Of a DNA stretch of 64,000 nucleotides, positions 1-10,082 are shown piece after piece (within the stretch, counting starts at the first letter, position 1; each line of letters starts with the position of its first letter). The stretch comes from Calditrichia bacterium (lineage in GTDB: Bacteria > Calditrichota > Calditrichia > JAJRVZ01), in the NCBI GenBank assembly GCA_963777955.1, contig CAVZSQ010000022.1:832001-896000 (forward strand). Direction: 5' to 3'. The translations under genes were made by a program, and so were the position numbers. The notes under the pieces are model-generated. The model was not told the origin of the DNA. It did not search any database and saw only the letters and a list, made by a program, of their open reading frames with translations.

Positions 1-360
1 ATGACACTCGGGTCGGTTCCAGGATTATTTTCCACTTTCTCCAGCGGAGTATATCTGCGGCGTCTGACCAGTTCCTGCAACCATTTCTTTTTAACTACGG
101 CATATAAAAATGTAGATAATTTTGACTCCAGTACAAATTCGTTTCGCCGGATTTTCTCCCACAGTATGACCAGGGCATCCTGCAGGAGTTCAGAAGCATC
201 ATAGTCGTTTCCATGGTTTGCCTGTATATATTTAGTAATCAGGTTTAAATGTTTACTATAGAGCCAGTCTAAGAGGCTGATCATCTCCTTTGCGGATCAG
301 TTCGACAATGCGTTCATCGCTCAGGAACAGACTCATTAACCGGGTCATCGTATCATCCAT
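1..360 (-). CDS. ECF-type RNA polymerase sigma-70 factor, 5' part (runs off window, one apparent frameshift near 275)
   Basis: Manual translation from ATG at 360 gives MDDTMTRLMSLFLSDERIVELIRKGD, then after a 1-nt shift LDWLYSKHLNLITKYIQANHGNDYDASELLQDALVILWEKI...STFLYAVVKKKW, typical of sigma region 2. Not in the ORF track. Confidence 0.75.
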
Positions 361-470
361 TAATTAAGGTATAGGGTCGCAGGTAAATGACAAATAGATA
401 TTAATGGTAAGTATAATCCCTTTCACTGGCAATAAAATTATAATCACAATTTATGCAAAAAAAGATGGTA

Positions 471-516
471 TTGACAAGTTCAAAGTTGATTATTATATTT
501 CGTCAAATAACGAAAT
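471..516 (+). promoter_or_regulatory. sigma70 promoter with overlapping putative ArsR operator
   Basis: TTGACA (471-476), 17 nt spacer, TATATT (494-499); inverted repeat ATTTCG-N8-CGAAAT (497-516) just upstream of arsR. Confidence 0.7.
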
Positions 517-529
517 GGGAATTGATACG

Positions 530-874
530 ATGAGAGATAAAACCAAAATATTCAAAGCTCTTTCCGATCCCAAGCGTGTACGGATAATCAAAATGCTGGA
601 GAAAAAACCACTCTGTGTCTGTGAGATCACTTCAATCTTGAATCTGGCCACATCGACGGTCTCCAAGCACCTTTACTTATTACGGGAAGCCGGTCTGATT
701 GTCGACCAAAAAGAAGGCAAGTGGGTTAATTATCAACTCAATCCGGAATCCGACCGGACAGATATCCGGGGAATATTAAATTTACTTGCCGGCTGGATGA
801 CTGATGATAAAGAAATTGCTGCCGACCGGGAGAAAGTCAGGACTATTGACAGAAATAAAATTTGTGGATTTTAA
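530..874 (+). CDS. arsR: ArsR/SmtB family repressor
   Basis: FKALSDPKRVRII, LCVCEI metalloid-binding motif, STVSKHL helix; start moved to ATG 530, downstream of the promoter. Confidence 0.9.
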   Translation: MRDKTKIFKALSDPKRVRIIKMLEKKPLCVCEITSILNLATSTVSKHLYLLREAGLIVDQKEGKWVNYQLNPESDRTDIRGILNLLAGWMTDDKEIAADREKVRTIDRNKICGF

Positions 875-942
875 TGGGATCAAGATTTCTTCAGAATGAC
901 AAATTAATACATTTAATGACTGGACACATAGGATTCAAAGAT

Positions 943-2244
943 ATGAATTGGAAAGAAGAGTACAAACCACTGCTGTGGATAAGCGGTGTATTTTTACTGT
1001 TGTATTTCATGCCCCTGGAGAGTTCCGGATTTAAGCAGTCGGTTTACGCAGGATTGGAACTGGTCAACTGGTATGCCCGGGAACATGTAATATTATGCCT
1101 GGTTCCTGCTTTCTTTATTGCCGGCACCATCTCGGTGTTCGTCAGCCAGGCAGCGGTTATCAAATATTTTGGAGCTCAGGCGAAAAAATGGCTTTCGTAT
1201 TCAATTGCCTCAGTCTCCGGGACTATCCTGGCGGTATGCTCCTGCACCGTATTGCCGCTCTTTGCGGGTATTTATAAAAGGGGAGCAGGACTGGGTCCGG
1301 CCATTGCTTTTCTTTATTCGGGTCCGGCGATCAATATTCTGGCTATCATTCTCACCGCCCGCATACTGGGATTGGAATTGGGTCTGGCCCGGGTAATCGG
1401 GGCCGTATCGCTAAGTGTTGTGATCGGTCTGCTGATGCATCTTATTTATCGCCGGGAAGAAAAAGAAAAAGCCGAGGCCCAATTGACTTTACCCGAGGCC
1501 GGAGAACCAAGGCCGTTATGGCAATCGGCGTTCCTCTTCTTTACCCTGGTGGCTATTCTGATTTTTGCTACCTGGAGTAAACCGGAAACTGCGGTCGGAT
1601 TCTGGAATTTGGTATTTGATTATAAGTGGTGGTTAACCGGATTGGCAGCGATAGTGTTGCTTTATTCTCTGATTAAAATCCTGAAGATAAAAATCCTGTC
1701 TGTTTCCCTGGCAGTGCTGCCGGTACTGACAACCATTTTAATTTTTCCTCAATATCCGTTAATTCCTTTCATCACTGGAGTTTTACTGCTGGTCATGCTA
1801 TTGTCCATTTCTCCCGGCGAGCCGCAGGAATGGCTGTCGGCCAGCTGGGGTTTTGCTAAACAGATATTACCCCTGCTCCTGCTGGGAGTATTGGTTTCAG
1901 GATTCCTATTGGGAACACCTTTTGGCAGCCGGGGAATTATTCCTGAACACTGGATCTCCGCTTTAGTTGGCGGTAATAGCATTTTCGCTAATTTCTTTGC
2001 TTCCCTGGCAGGAGCCTTTATGTATTTCGCCACATTGACTGAAGTGCCCATTCTGCAGGGATTGATTGCAAACGGTATGGGCAAGGGTCCGGCTTTGTCC
2101 CTGTTATTAGCAGGTCCGGCGTTGAGTTTACCAAGCATGCTGGTCCTGCGCAGTATTATGGGAACACAAAAGACCGTGGTGTACAGCGCGCTGGTGGTGC
2201 TGCTCTCCACCCTGGCCGGACTTTTCTATGGCGCTGTTTATTAG
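943..2244 (+). CDS. ArsP/DUF318-type permease
   Basis: YAREHVILCLVPAFFIAG, LAVCSCTVLPLF, MYFATLTEVPI, GPALSLPS motifs; multi-TM; ars context. Confidence 0.85.
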   Translation: MNWKEEYKPLLWISGVFLLLYFMPLESSGFKQSVYAGLELVNWYAREHVILCLVPAFFIAGTISVFVSQAAVIKYFGAQAKKWLSYSIASVSGTILAVCSCTVLPLFAGIYKRGAGLGPAIAFLYSGPAINILAIILTARILGLELGLARVIGAVSLSVVIGLLMHLIYRREEKEKAEAQLTLPEAGEPRPLWQSAFLFFTLVAILIFATWSKPETAVGFWNLVFDYKWWLTGLAAIVLLYSLIKILKIKILSVSLAVLPVLTTILIFPQYPLIPFITGVLLLVMLLSISPGEPQEWLSASWGFAKQILPLLLLGVLVSGFLLGTPFGSRGIIPEHWISALVGGNSIFANFFASLAGAFMYFATLTEVPILQGLIANGMGKGPALSLLLAGPALSLPSMLVLRSIMGTQKTVVYSALVVLLSTLAGLFYGAVY

Positions 2245-2279
2245 GGGGCACAGGCATGTATCAAATAGGAGAGGAAAGC

Positions 2280-2711
2280 ATGGGTAAAAAAAGGATATTG
2301 ATCTTATGTACCGGAAATTCCTGCCGCAGCCAGATGGCCGAAGGTTTTTTGAAATCATTCGACCATGAACTGGAGGTATATTCGGCGGGCACAACCCCGG
2401 CCGCCAGGGTACACCCTAATGCGATCGCAGTAATGAAAGAAGCAGGCATTGATCTCAGCGCTAATTTTCCTCGGAATGTCGATCAATTTCTGAGTCAATC
2501 GTTCGATTTTGTTATTACAGTCTGTGATCAGGCCCGGGAAACCTGTCCGGTTTTTTCAGGCAAAGTGCGAAAACGGTTGCATATCGGATTCGAAGATCCC
2601 GCCGCTGCCAGCGGAACCGCAGAGGAAATAATAGCGGTTTTTCGCCAGGTAAGGGACGAGATCAAGTCAGCATTTTATAATTATTATCTGAAGAATATTA
2701 AAGGATTCTGA
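2280..2711 (+). CDS. arsC: Thioredoxin-dependent arsenate reductase (LMW-PTP fold)
   Basis: LCTGNSCRSQMAEG P-loop, ITVCD...CPVF distal cysteines, FEDP. Confidence 0.92.
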   Translation: MGKKRILILCTGNSCRSQMAEGFLKSFDHELEVYSAGTTPAARVHPNAIAVMKEAGIDLSANFPRNVDQFLSQSFDFVITVCDQARETCPVFSGKVRKRLHIGFEDPAAASGTAEEIIAVFRQVRDEIKSAFYNYYLKNIKGF

Positions 2712-2752
2712 CTATTGAAAATTGTGCAAACAATCAACTTAAGGAGGATCAG

Positions 2753-2998
2753 ATGTTATTTATTCAGGTAGTGGGTCCCGGTTGTTATAACTGCCAGAAA
2801 CTGGAATCACTTTGCAAAGAAGTAGTGACAGAAGAAAAGATAGAAGCGCAGATCGAAAAAGTTACCGATATCAAGCGGTTTCATGAACTGGGTATCCTGA
2901 TGACTCCCGGATTATTGATCAACGGCAAGGTGATCAGCAGCGGCAGGCTGCCGGCGAAATCGATGATCACGAACTGGATCCGGGAAGCAGCGAAATAA
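2753..2998 (+). CDS. Small redox-active disulfide protein (thioredoxin-like, MTH895 type)
   Basis: [27 protein letters not shown]. Confidence 0.85.
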   Translation: MLFIQVVGPGCYNCQKLESLCKEVVTEEKIEAQIEKVTDIKRFHELGILMTPGLLINGKVISSGRLPAKSMITNWIREAAK

Positions 2999-3027
2999 AA
3001 ACTCAGATCTCAAACGAGGAAGGAATC

Positions 3028-4074
3028 ATGGAATCGGTATCGAAAAAGTTATCGTATTTTGACCGCTATCTGACCCTGTGGATATTTCTAACCATGGCGG
3101 TGGGTGTGCTATCCGGCTATCTGCTTCCGGGTATCGCGCAATTCTGGGACCGCTTTTCGGTCAACACTACCAATATCCCTATCGCCATCGGTCTGATCTT
3201 AATGATGTATCCGCCCCTGGCCAAGGTGCGCTATGAAAAATTGCCGCTTGTTTTTCGCAATTTAAAAATATTATTTCTCTCCCTGGCCCAAAACTGGATT
3301 GTTGGTCCCCTGGTAATGTTTTTCCTGGCTATTCTGTTGTTGCCGGATAAACCGGAGCTGATGACCGGAGTGATCCTGGTGGGCCTGGCCCGTTGTATTG
3401 CCATGGTGCTGGTCTGGAACGATCTGGCCAGAGGGGACTCGGAACTGGCAGCCGGGCTGGTAGCCTTTAATGCCATCTTCCAGGTATTTTTATATTCCGT
3501 TTATGCTTATATATTCATAACCATCCTGCCGCCAATTTTCGGCCACAGCGGTACGCTGGTTGAAGTATCCATCGCAGAAATCGCCGTCACTGTTCTGATA
3601 TATCTGGGCATTCCGTTTGTCGCCGGATTAATTTCCAACTTAACATTTCGCCGCCTGGAGGGGGACGACTGGTATTTCAGGCGCTTCATTCCCAAAGTAT
3701 CTTTGCTGACCCCCATCGCTTTACTGTTTACTATTTTTGTAATGTTTTCACTAAAAGGGGAAAAAATCATTGAACTGCCTCTGGACGTTATCCGGGTCGC
3801 CATACCGTATACCCTGTATTTCGCTTTTATGTTTTTCACGACTTTTTTCCTGGCGAAAAGAATGGGTACATCATATGAGAAATCAGCCACCGTGTCTTTT
3901 ACCGCAGGCAGCAATGATTTTGAACTGGCGATTGCAGTGGCCGTGGCGGTTTTCGGAGTAAATTCGCAGGCAGCTTTTGCCACAGTCATCGGTCCGCTGG
4001 TGGAGGTACCGGTATTAATAATGCTGGTTGATGTTTCGCTCTGGCTCGGTAAAAAATACTTCAAGACTGCCTGA
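3028..4074 (+). CDS. acr3: ACR3 family arsenite efflux transporter
   Basis: [45 protein letters not shown]. Confidence 0.95.
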   Translation: MESVSKKLSYFDRYLTLWIFLTMAVGVLSGYLLPGIAQFWDRFSVNTTNIPIAIGLILMMYPPLAKVRYEKLPLVFRNLKILFLSLAQNWIVGPLVMFFLAILLLPDKPELMTGVILVGLARCIAMVLVWNDLARGDSELAAGLVAFNAIFQVFLYSVYAYIFITILPPIFGHSGTLVEVSIAEIAVTVLIYLGIPFVAGLISNLTFRRLEGDDWYFRRFIPKVSLLTPIALLFTIFVMFSLKGEKIIELPLDVIRVAIPYTLYFAFMFFTTFFLAKRMGTSYEKSATVSFTAGSNDFELAIAVAVAVFGVNSQAAFATVIGPLVEVPVLIMLVDVSLWLGKKYFKTA

Positions 4075-4103
4075 AGCAGGGATAAAAATAAAAATTTGAG
4101 AGA

Positions 4104-4526
4104 GTGAAGATGAAACAAGATATGGTTGTACTGATTTATCTTATGGCTTTTATTCTGCTGAGTTGCAGCAGCAAACCGGAGAATACAAAAGATGCAGCAC
4201 AGACATCCGGTTCTGTCGTTGCAGATAGCAGTTCCCTGATTACTTTTATTGAATTGGGTTCGGTTAATTGCATCCCCTGTAAAATGATGCAGCCGGTCAT
4301 GGCTGCCATCGAGAAAAAGTATGGTGAACAGATTAAAATTATTTTCTATGATGTTTGGAAAGACGAACAAAGGCAGTACGCGGTACAATATGGGATACGT
4401 CTGATTCCAACCCAGGTTTTTTTAGATAGCGATGGTAAGGAAATCATGCGCCATGAAGGATTTTTCCCGGAACAGGAAATAGATAAATTTTTAAAGTCGC
4501 AGGGTTTAATTCCCCGCACAAAATAA
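4104..4526 (+). CDS. Exported thioredoxin-family protein, probable lipoprotein
   Basis: Lipobox-like ILLSC, CIPC active site, IPTQVF, RHEGF. Confidence 0.8.
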   Translation: MKMKQDMVVLIYLMAFILLSCSSKPENTKDAAQTSGSVVADSSSLITFIELGSVNCIPCKMMQPVMAAIEKKYGEQIKIIFYDVWKDEQRQYAVQYGIRLIPTQVFLDSDGKEIMRHEGFFPEQEIDKFLKSQGLIPRTK

Positions 4527-4533
4527 TTAAAAG

Positions 4534-5238
4534 ATGCTAGACAAAATCTTTTCGGCTTTAACCCTGGCCTTGAGCGACAGTTTTGAATTGGCGCTGCTGG
4601 CTGCTTTTGGCTGGGGGCTGGCCAGTATCATGCTCAGTCCCTGCCACCTGGCCAGCATCCCTTTACTGATCGGTTATTTGACCCGGCAAAAGTCGATTCG
4701 TTCTAAAAAAGTATTTTATCTCTCTTTCTTATTTGCCCTGGGCATTCTGGTTACTCTGGCGGTCATTGGACTGCTTACCGCCGCCAGCGGACATATTTTG
4801 GGTGATATCGGCAGGGCAGGAAGAATACTGGTGTTACTGATATTTTTATTGGCCGGTTTGTACCTGCTGGATTTAATCCGGATTCCCATTCCGTCTTTAA
4901 ATATACTAAATTCACCCCGGAATCAAAACCGCGGCGCATTTCTGCTGGGTTTGTTGTTCGGTTTCAGTTTAGGCCCCTGTACCTTTGCTTTTATGGCCCC
5001 TGTACTGGGATTGATCTTCAGTATCAGTGCCGATCATTATTTACAGAGTGTCATGTTGCTGGCGGCTTTTGCCCTGGGGCATTGTTCCGTCATCGTCGCC
5101 GCCGGTGGTCTGATGAATTTTATTCAAAAGTACCTGGATTGGAGCGGAAATACCCGGGTTGTCCTTTATTTAAGAAGAACCTTCGGTATATTGGTGCTCT
5201 GTGCCGGTGCTTATTATTTTTATCAGTATATGATTTAA
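4534..5238 (+). CDS. ccdA: CcdA-type transmembrane electron transporter
   Basis: Two Pro-Cys motifs (LSPCHL, GPCTF) in a multi-TM protein next to thioredoxin. Confidence 0.85.
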   Translation: MLDKIFSALTLALSDSFELALLAAFGWGLASIMLSPCHLASIPLLIGYLTRQKSIRSKKVFYLSFLFALGILVTLAVIGLLTAASGHILGDIGRAGRILVLLIFLLAGLYLLDLIRIPIPSLNILNSPRNQNRGAFLLGLLFGFSLGPCTFAFMAPVLGLIFSISADHYLQSVMLLAAFALGHCSVIVAAGGLMNFIQKYLDWSGNTRVVLYLRRTFGILVLCAGAYYFYQYMI

Positions 5239-5305
5239 ACGTTTTTTATTTATTTAGCTCAAGCCGGTTCCTCTGCTTAAAATATATTTGCTTTATTATC
5301 CATTT

Positions 5306-5332
5306 GTGTTACATTTATAAAAAAGGTAACAC
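5306..5332 (+). promoter_or_regulatory. NikR operator palindrome
   Basis: Perfect GTGTTAC-N13-GTAACAC ending 10 nt before the nikR ATG, overlapping a TTGCTT-16-TACATT promoter candidate (5288-5315). Confidence 0.8.
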
Positions 5333-5341
5333 GAAATAAAT

Positions 5342-5755
5342 ATGCAATTGATTCGTTTTGGAGTTTCGCTGCCGGGAGATCTGATCCGGCGTTTTGACCG
5401 GCTGATCCGGCGGAAAAAATATCCCAACCGTTCGGAGGCCATCCGCGATCTGATTCGCAGGGAGCTGGTGGAAGAGGAAATAGTCAACGATGCAGAAATA
5501 GTCGGGGTGCTGACGCTGTTGTACAACCATCACCAGCGTGAACTGCAGGACCGCCTGGGCAGGATACAACATGATTTTCATGAACGGATTCTCTCTACCA
5601 CACACGTGCATCTGGATCATGATAACTGCCTGGAAGTGGTGCTGTTGAAAGGACGGGCCGGGAAAATCAAGCAATTGGCCGATGAGCTGATCGCCCTGAA
5701 AGGGATCAAGCATGGGCAATTGTACCGTACTTCCACCGGTAAAAACCTGACTTGA
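5342..5755 (+). CDS. nikR: Nickel-responsive regulator NikR
   Basis: RFGVS ribbon, NRSEAIRDLIR, YNHH, HVHLDHDNCLEV Ni site. Confidence 0.95.
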   Translation: MQLIRFGVSLPGDLIRRFDRLIRRKKYPNRSEAIRDLIRRELVEEEIVNDAEIVGVLTLLYNHHQRELQDRLGRIQHDFHERILSTTHVHLDHDNCLEVVLLKGRAGKIKQLADELIALKGIKHGQLYRTSTGKNLT

Positions 5756-5797
5756 TAATAATTACGTATAAAATTAATTAATGGATAAATAGAAAAA

Positions 5798-6517
5798 ATG
5801 ATAAATCGAAATAGTGACGTCCGCTTAAAAATTATATTAGTGCTGTTGTTCCTGGTCTGTGTCATCGTTCTTAAGGTTCATCACACCTGGCCGTTTTTGA
5901 TCCTGAGCGGCTGGCTGGCCTTTTCAGTCTGGCTCAGCGGGATTGATCCCGGGGTACTGTTCAGAAGAGTCAGCAGAGTATATCCGATGATTTTTCTGGT
6001 CACCATTCTGCTGCCCTTTTCCGATAATAGTATAGCGGAACATTCCACCATTCTGTTCTTTAAGGTCAATTCCGCCGGTTGGGTCCAGTTTGCTGAGATC
6101 AATATCAAATTTATCATGATTCTGGTTTGTACCACAGTCTTCAGTTTGACCACCTCCCCCGGACAAATCGTAGCCGCTATGGAGTCGCTGGGTCTGGCCA
6201 GCTGGATCACCGCGGTTTTTTTCCTGATGCAGCGTTATATGGTGATTTTAAAATCAGAAATTCTGCGGCAATTTAATGCTTTTCGTTCGCGTTATATTTA
6301 TTTGAAGCCCATACAACGGTTAAAGTATTTTTCCAGGTTACTGACCACTTTCAGCGTACGCACCTTCGGCCGCAGCGAACGGCTGTACCAGACCATGCTG
6401 AGCCGGGGCTTTAACGGACAGATATATTCAAAAGCAGAGCAAAAATGGCAGGCCGGCGATACTCTGATTCTGGGTATCAATCTGGTATTTTTTACCATGG
6501 TGTTCATAGCGGTATAA
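5798..6517 (+). CDS. ECF transporter T component (CbiQ/NikQ-like)
   Basis: Multi-TM; RY...E, AFRSR and MLSRGFNG arginine motifs of EcfT coupling helices. Confidence 0.8.
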   Translation: MINRNSDVRLKIILVLLFLVCVIVLKVHHTWPFLILSGWLAFSVWLSGIDPGVLFRRVSRVYPMIFLVTILLPFSDNSIAEHSTILFFKVNSAGWVQFAEINIKFIMILVCTTVFSLTTSPGQIVAAMESLGLASWITAVFFLMQRYMVILKSEILRQFNAFRSRYIYLKPIQRLKYFSRLLTTFSVRTFGRSERLYQTMLSRGFNGQIYSKAEQKWQAGDTLILGINLVFFTMVFIAV

Positions 6518-6541
6518 GTGTATAAATATTTTTATCAACCA

Positions 6542-6568
6542 GTAGCAGGAAATGGTACTGCATAATAC
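6542..6568 (+). promoter_or_regulatory. Possible second NikR site
   Basis: GTAGCA-N15-TAATAC, same half-site spacing as GTGTTA-N15-TAACAC at nikR, immediately before the receptor RBS. Confidence 0.4.
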
Positions 6569-6581
6569 GAAGGAAATTCAA

Positions 6582-8422
6582 ATGACTATCAATAGTTTTA
6601 AGCCGGAATTTATCGGATTGTTAATGTTCCTGGCACTAAACCCGCTGCCGGTCACCCGGGCGAGTGAAGCCGATAGTTTAAAGGTATATGAATCGCGGGA
6701 TTCCATCGTAGTGGTGGCTGACCGGTTTGAATTGTCCCTGAAAGAGTTAGCCTATACATATAATATCATAGACAGTCGCGAAATACAATTACTGGCACGA
6801 CATTCGGCTTTGGAACTGGTTGACGTGGTCAGCCCCTCGGCATTTATAATGGAAAAAAGTATAATGGGTTATGGAGTGGGATCTGCCGGTTCCGGCAGTA
6901 TTAATATTCGCGGACAGGGCGGCCGGCCCAATACCGGCCTGCTGGTGCTGATCAACGGTCATCCTGATTTCATGGGGCTGTTCGGGCACCCGCTGCCGGA
7001 TGTGTATGGCACCGATGATATATCCCAGGTGGAAGTTCTTTCCGGACCTGCTTCGACGGTTTTCGGCAGCCAGGCCATGGCCGGGGTGGTTAATATCAAA
7101 TCAACTCCCGATTTTTCAATCCCCCTGAAAATATCAACTTCGGCGGGATCTTATTCCTCTTACAATGTGGGGATCAATCTTAACCGGCGTCTGGGCCGGC
7201 ACGGTTTTTCACTGACCGCGCGCCAGCGGGCTACCAAGGGCCATATTGCTCAGACATCTTTTAAATCGCTGCATCTGCAGGCAGGGTATTATGTTACTCT
7301 TGCTCCGGCCTGGGAACTCAGCACGGAGGGGCGGTATGTCCCGTATGAATTTGATGATCCGGTGCGGAATGCAGCAACCGATAAGTTAGGTACTAATGGA
7401 AAAATTCGCCGCGGTATGGGCAGTATTACCTTAAAAAATAACTACCAGCAGATACAAGGCTCGATCCAGATTTTTAGCAATCTCGGCCATCACCGTTTTT
7501 ATGACGGATTTGAATCTCATGATTTCAGCTGGGGGCTTCCACCTACCAGCAATGGAAAATCTCGCCTCGATTAAAGTTAGCCGGAGGCGGAGAATTCATG
7601 CGTTACGGCGGGAAGGCGAATGTGCAGGATGATAAATTCAGCGAAAATTCTTTCGGAATTTATTTGCTTTCTTTCTATAACCTGTCCAGCCGGATCAACT
7701 TTAAAGGCGGACTGCGCTACCAGCAAAGTTCGCTGAATTTATCCCAGGTTACACCGTTGGCCGGGATCGGAGTTGATCTTCTGACTAATCTGCAATTCTA
7801 TGCCAATTATCAGAGTGGTTTCCGTTTTCCGACCATCAATGAATTGTATCTGTTCCCCCCCTCCAATCCAGATCTGGAATCTGAAAAAATCAGCAGCGGA
7901 GAAGCGGGACTGGCTTATTACTGGAAAGGCAAAAACTATATCCGCGCGGCAGTTTATCATAATGATGCCTCTAATCTGATTCAGACAATTGCAAATCCCG
8001 CACCCCCACCGCGATTTCGTTATGCCAACAGCGGTGCAGCCAAACAGTGGGGACTGGAAGTGGAAATGTCGTATACCATTTCCCGCTGGCTGTCGGGACA
8101 GCTCGGAGTAAGTCAAATGGAACCTGATCGTCTGACCGCCTACAATCCGGAAACACAGTTCAAATACCGTTTCGACCTCCATTCCGGCTGGTTCAGTGCC
8201 ACTCTTTATGGTAAATATGTAGAAAAACTTTATGTAGCCAACGATTGGGCTGTGCGATTACCCGACTATCATGTACTGAATCTGGTTTTACGCGGCACCT
8301 ATGCCGGTTGGTCCCTGGATGTGCAATTGTCGAATATATTGGATCGCCGGTACCTGGTGTTCACCGGCTATGCAGCACCCGGATTTCATTTCATGACCGG
8401 GATAACCTATAGTTTGTTTTAG
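6582..8422 (+). CDS. TonB-dependent receptor (single gene split by apparent frameshift near 7537)
   Basis: DSIVVVA TonB-box-like, plug motifs INIRG, LVLING, VEVLSGPAS...GVVNI; barrel motifs FRFPTINELY, NPDLESE, NILDRRY, C-terminal F; frames join at GGGGGCTTCC. Confidence 0.88.
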
Positions 8423-8439
8423 CAGCGGATTCGTTTTCT

Positions 8440-8961
8440 GTGGATCGGACTGAATTAAGACAAATACCTTTAACGGCACTATTCGCCGCTCTGGCTGTGG
8501 TTCTGCCGCCTGTTTTTCATATCGTCGGTCTGGGCTCAACCTTTCTACCCATGTTTCTGCCGGTGATGCTGGGCAGCATGCTGCTCAGCTGGAAATTTGC
8601 CCTGGTACTGGCCATCTTTGCTCCGATGACCTCCTGGTTACTGACCGGAATGCCTCCGCTGGTTCCGCCGATTCTACCGCTGATGACAGCAGAATTGATC
8701 CTGGTGGCTTTGATCAGTTCGATTTTGCATGTGCACTTACGACGCTCAGTCTGGCTTACCCTGGCCATAGCTATTATTATGGATCGCCTGCTGCTATATA
8801 TCATGGTTACTTTCGTTGCGAAGTGGATACAGCTGGATCCCACGGTTTTTTCAATCGCTATGGTTCTGGCGGGTTTGCCGGGAATTGTGCTGCAATTGCT
8901 GGTAATACCACTGGCGCTGAAATTAATCCGGCAGAAGTTTCCGACTCTGGTGAAAGGATGA
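8440..8961 (+). CDS. ECF transporter S (substrate-binding) component
   Basis: Small very hydrophobic protein, FLPMFLPV, GMPP, GLPGIVLQLLVIP. Confidence 0.75.
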   Translation: MDRTELRQIPLTALFAALAVVLPPVFHIVGLGSTFLPMFLPVMLGSMLLSWKFALVLAIFAPMTSWLLTGMPPLVPPILPLMTAELILVALISSILHVHLRRSVWLTLAIAIIMDRLLLYIMVTFVAKWIQLDPTVFSIAMVLAGLPGIVLQLLVIPLALKLIRQKFPTLVKG

Positions 8962-8967
8962 CAGACC

Positions 8968-9591
8968 GTGCCTGACCAGCGCAAGGATTATTTCGATTCT
9001 CATGCCCCGGGCTGGGATACCTTGGCAGTCCCGGAAAAACAGGAACGGCTCCGGCAGATCTTCAGCAGGTTTCTGCCCTCGATCGCCGCTCCGGCTCTGG
9101 ACCTGGGCTGCGGCACAGGAGTATTAATCCCGGTGCTGCTGAATCTCCTGCCCGCTCATTCAAAAATCATTGAACTTGATATTGCCTACCGGATGCTGTT
9201 ACAGGCCCGGGCAAAAAACAAAAACAATGGCCGGATCAATCATCTTAATGGGGATGTACATTTTCTGCCTCTTGCCGATAGTTGTATCCGCACCGCTATC
9301 TGTTTCGAATCGTTACCGCATTTCCGGGATTTGTCTTCTGCCCTGGAGGAAATGCGCCGTGTTTTACATCCAGGGGGAAATCTGATTATCCTGCATCTGA
9401 TGGGACGGGAAAGATTAAATGAATTTCATGATCAGGCCGGAAGCGTGATTTGCCGGGATTATTTACCCTCTTTAGCAGATCTGGCTGAGCGTCTGACCAG
9501 CCTTAGTTTTGAATTGATCCAGGCGGCTGAAAAAGACGATCTTTATCTGGCTGTAGCACGAAAAAGATTGACTGTTAATGACCTGCCTTGA
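8968..9591 (+). CDS. Class I SAM-dependent methyltransferase
   Basis: LDLGCGTG motif I, GDVHFLP, EMRRVLHPGG. Confidence 0.88.
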   Translation: MPDQRKDYFDSHAPGWDTLAVPEKQERLRQIFSRFLPSIAAPALDLGCGTGVLIPVLLNLLPAHSKIIELDIAYRMLLQARAKNKNNGRINHLNGDVHFLPLADSCIRTAICFESLPHFRDLSSALEEMRRVLHPGGNLIILHLMGRERLNEFHDQAGSVICRDYLPSLADLAERLTSLSFELIQAAEKDDLYLAVARKRLTVNDLP

Positions 9592-9616
9592 CAATAAATG
9601 ACTTGCTGCCTATATT
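9588..9616 (+). promoter_or_regulatory. sigma70 promoter for response regulator
   Basis: TTGACA-17-TATATT. Confidence 0.6.
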
Positions 9617-9644
9617 GATTTTAACATACAGTTCGGGAGAAGGC

Positions 9645-10082
9645 ATGACTGGTAAAAAAAAGATCCTGATGATCGATGATGATGTTAATCTGGTCAATGT
9701 GGTAATGATGGTCCTGCAAGCCAGGGGTTACGACTTCGAATCCGCTTATTCAGCTGCCGAAGGTCTGGAAAAAATCAAGCAGACCAATCCCGATCTGATT
9801 ATTCTGGATGTGATCATGGAAGATTTTGTTGCCGGTTTCCGGGTAGTTTCCGAATTGCGCACCGCCGAACCTGGCTCGGTCTACAGCGCCTATTCAAAAA
9901 TTCCTATTCTGATGCTGACCAGTGTCACGGCCAAAACCAGTATTAATTTCAGCGATAAAGTCGGTACGGCGTTATTACCGGTCGATGCTTTTATCGAGAA
10001 ACCGGTGAAACCGGGAAATTTGTTGCTGAAGATAGAAGAGTTGCTGGAACCAAAAAAGACGAATATGGGAACGGCCGGTTAA
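9645..10082 (+). CDS. Single-domain response regulator
   Basis: ILMIDDD, PDLIILDVIM, LTS, EKP; no output domain; GGGAGAAGG RBS before ATG 9645. Confidence 0.9.
   Translation: MTGKKKILMIDDDVNLVNVVMMVLQARGYDFESAYSAAEGLEKIKQTNPDLIILDVIMEDFVAGFRVVSELRTAEPGSVYSAYSKIPILMLTSVTAKTSINFSDKVGTALLPVDAFIEKPVKPGNLLLKIEELLEPKKTNMGTAG

Noticed and set aside
404..529. N-terminal extension of ArsR in the ORF track
   Set aside because: It spans the promoter and operator; the ArsR fold begins at ATG 530.
3507..4388. Long antisense ORFs (also 42577-43392, 57018-57677, 16693-17343)
   Set aside because: Shadows of well-supported genes on the opposite strand, with no recognisable motifs.
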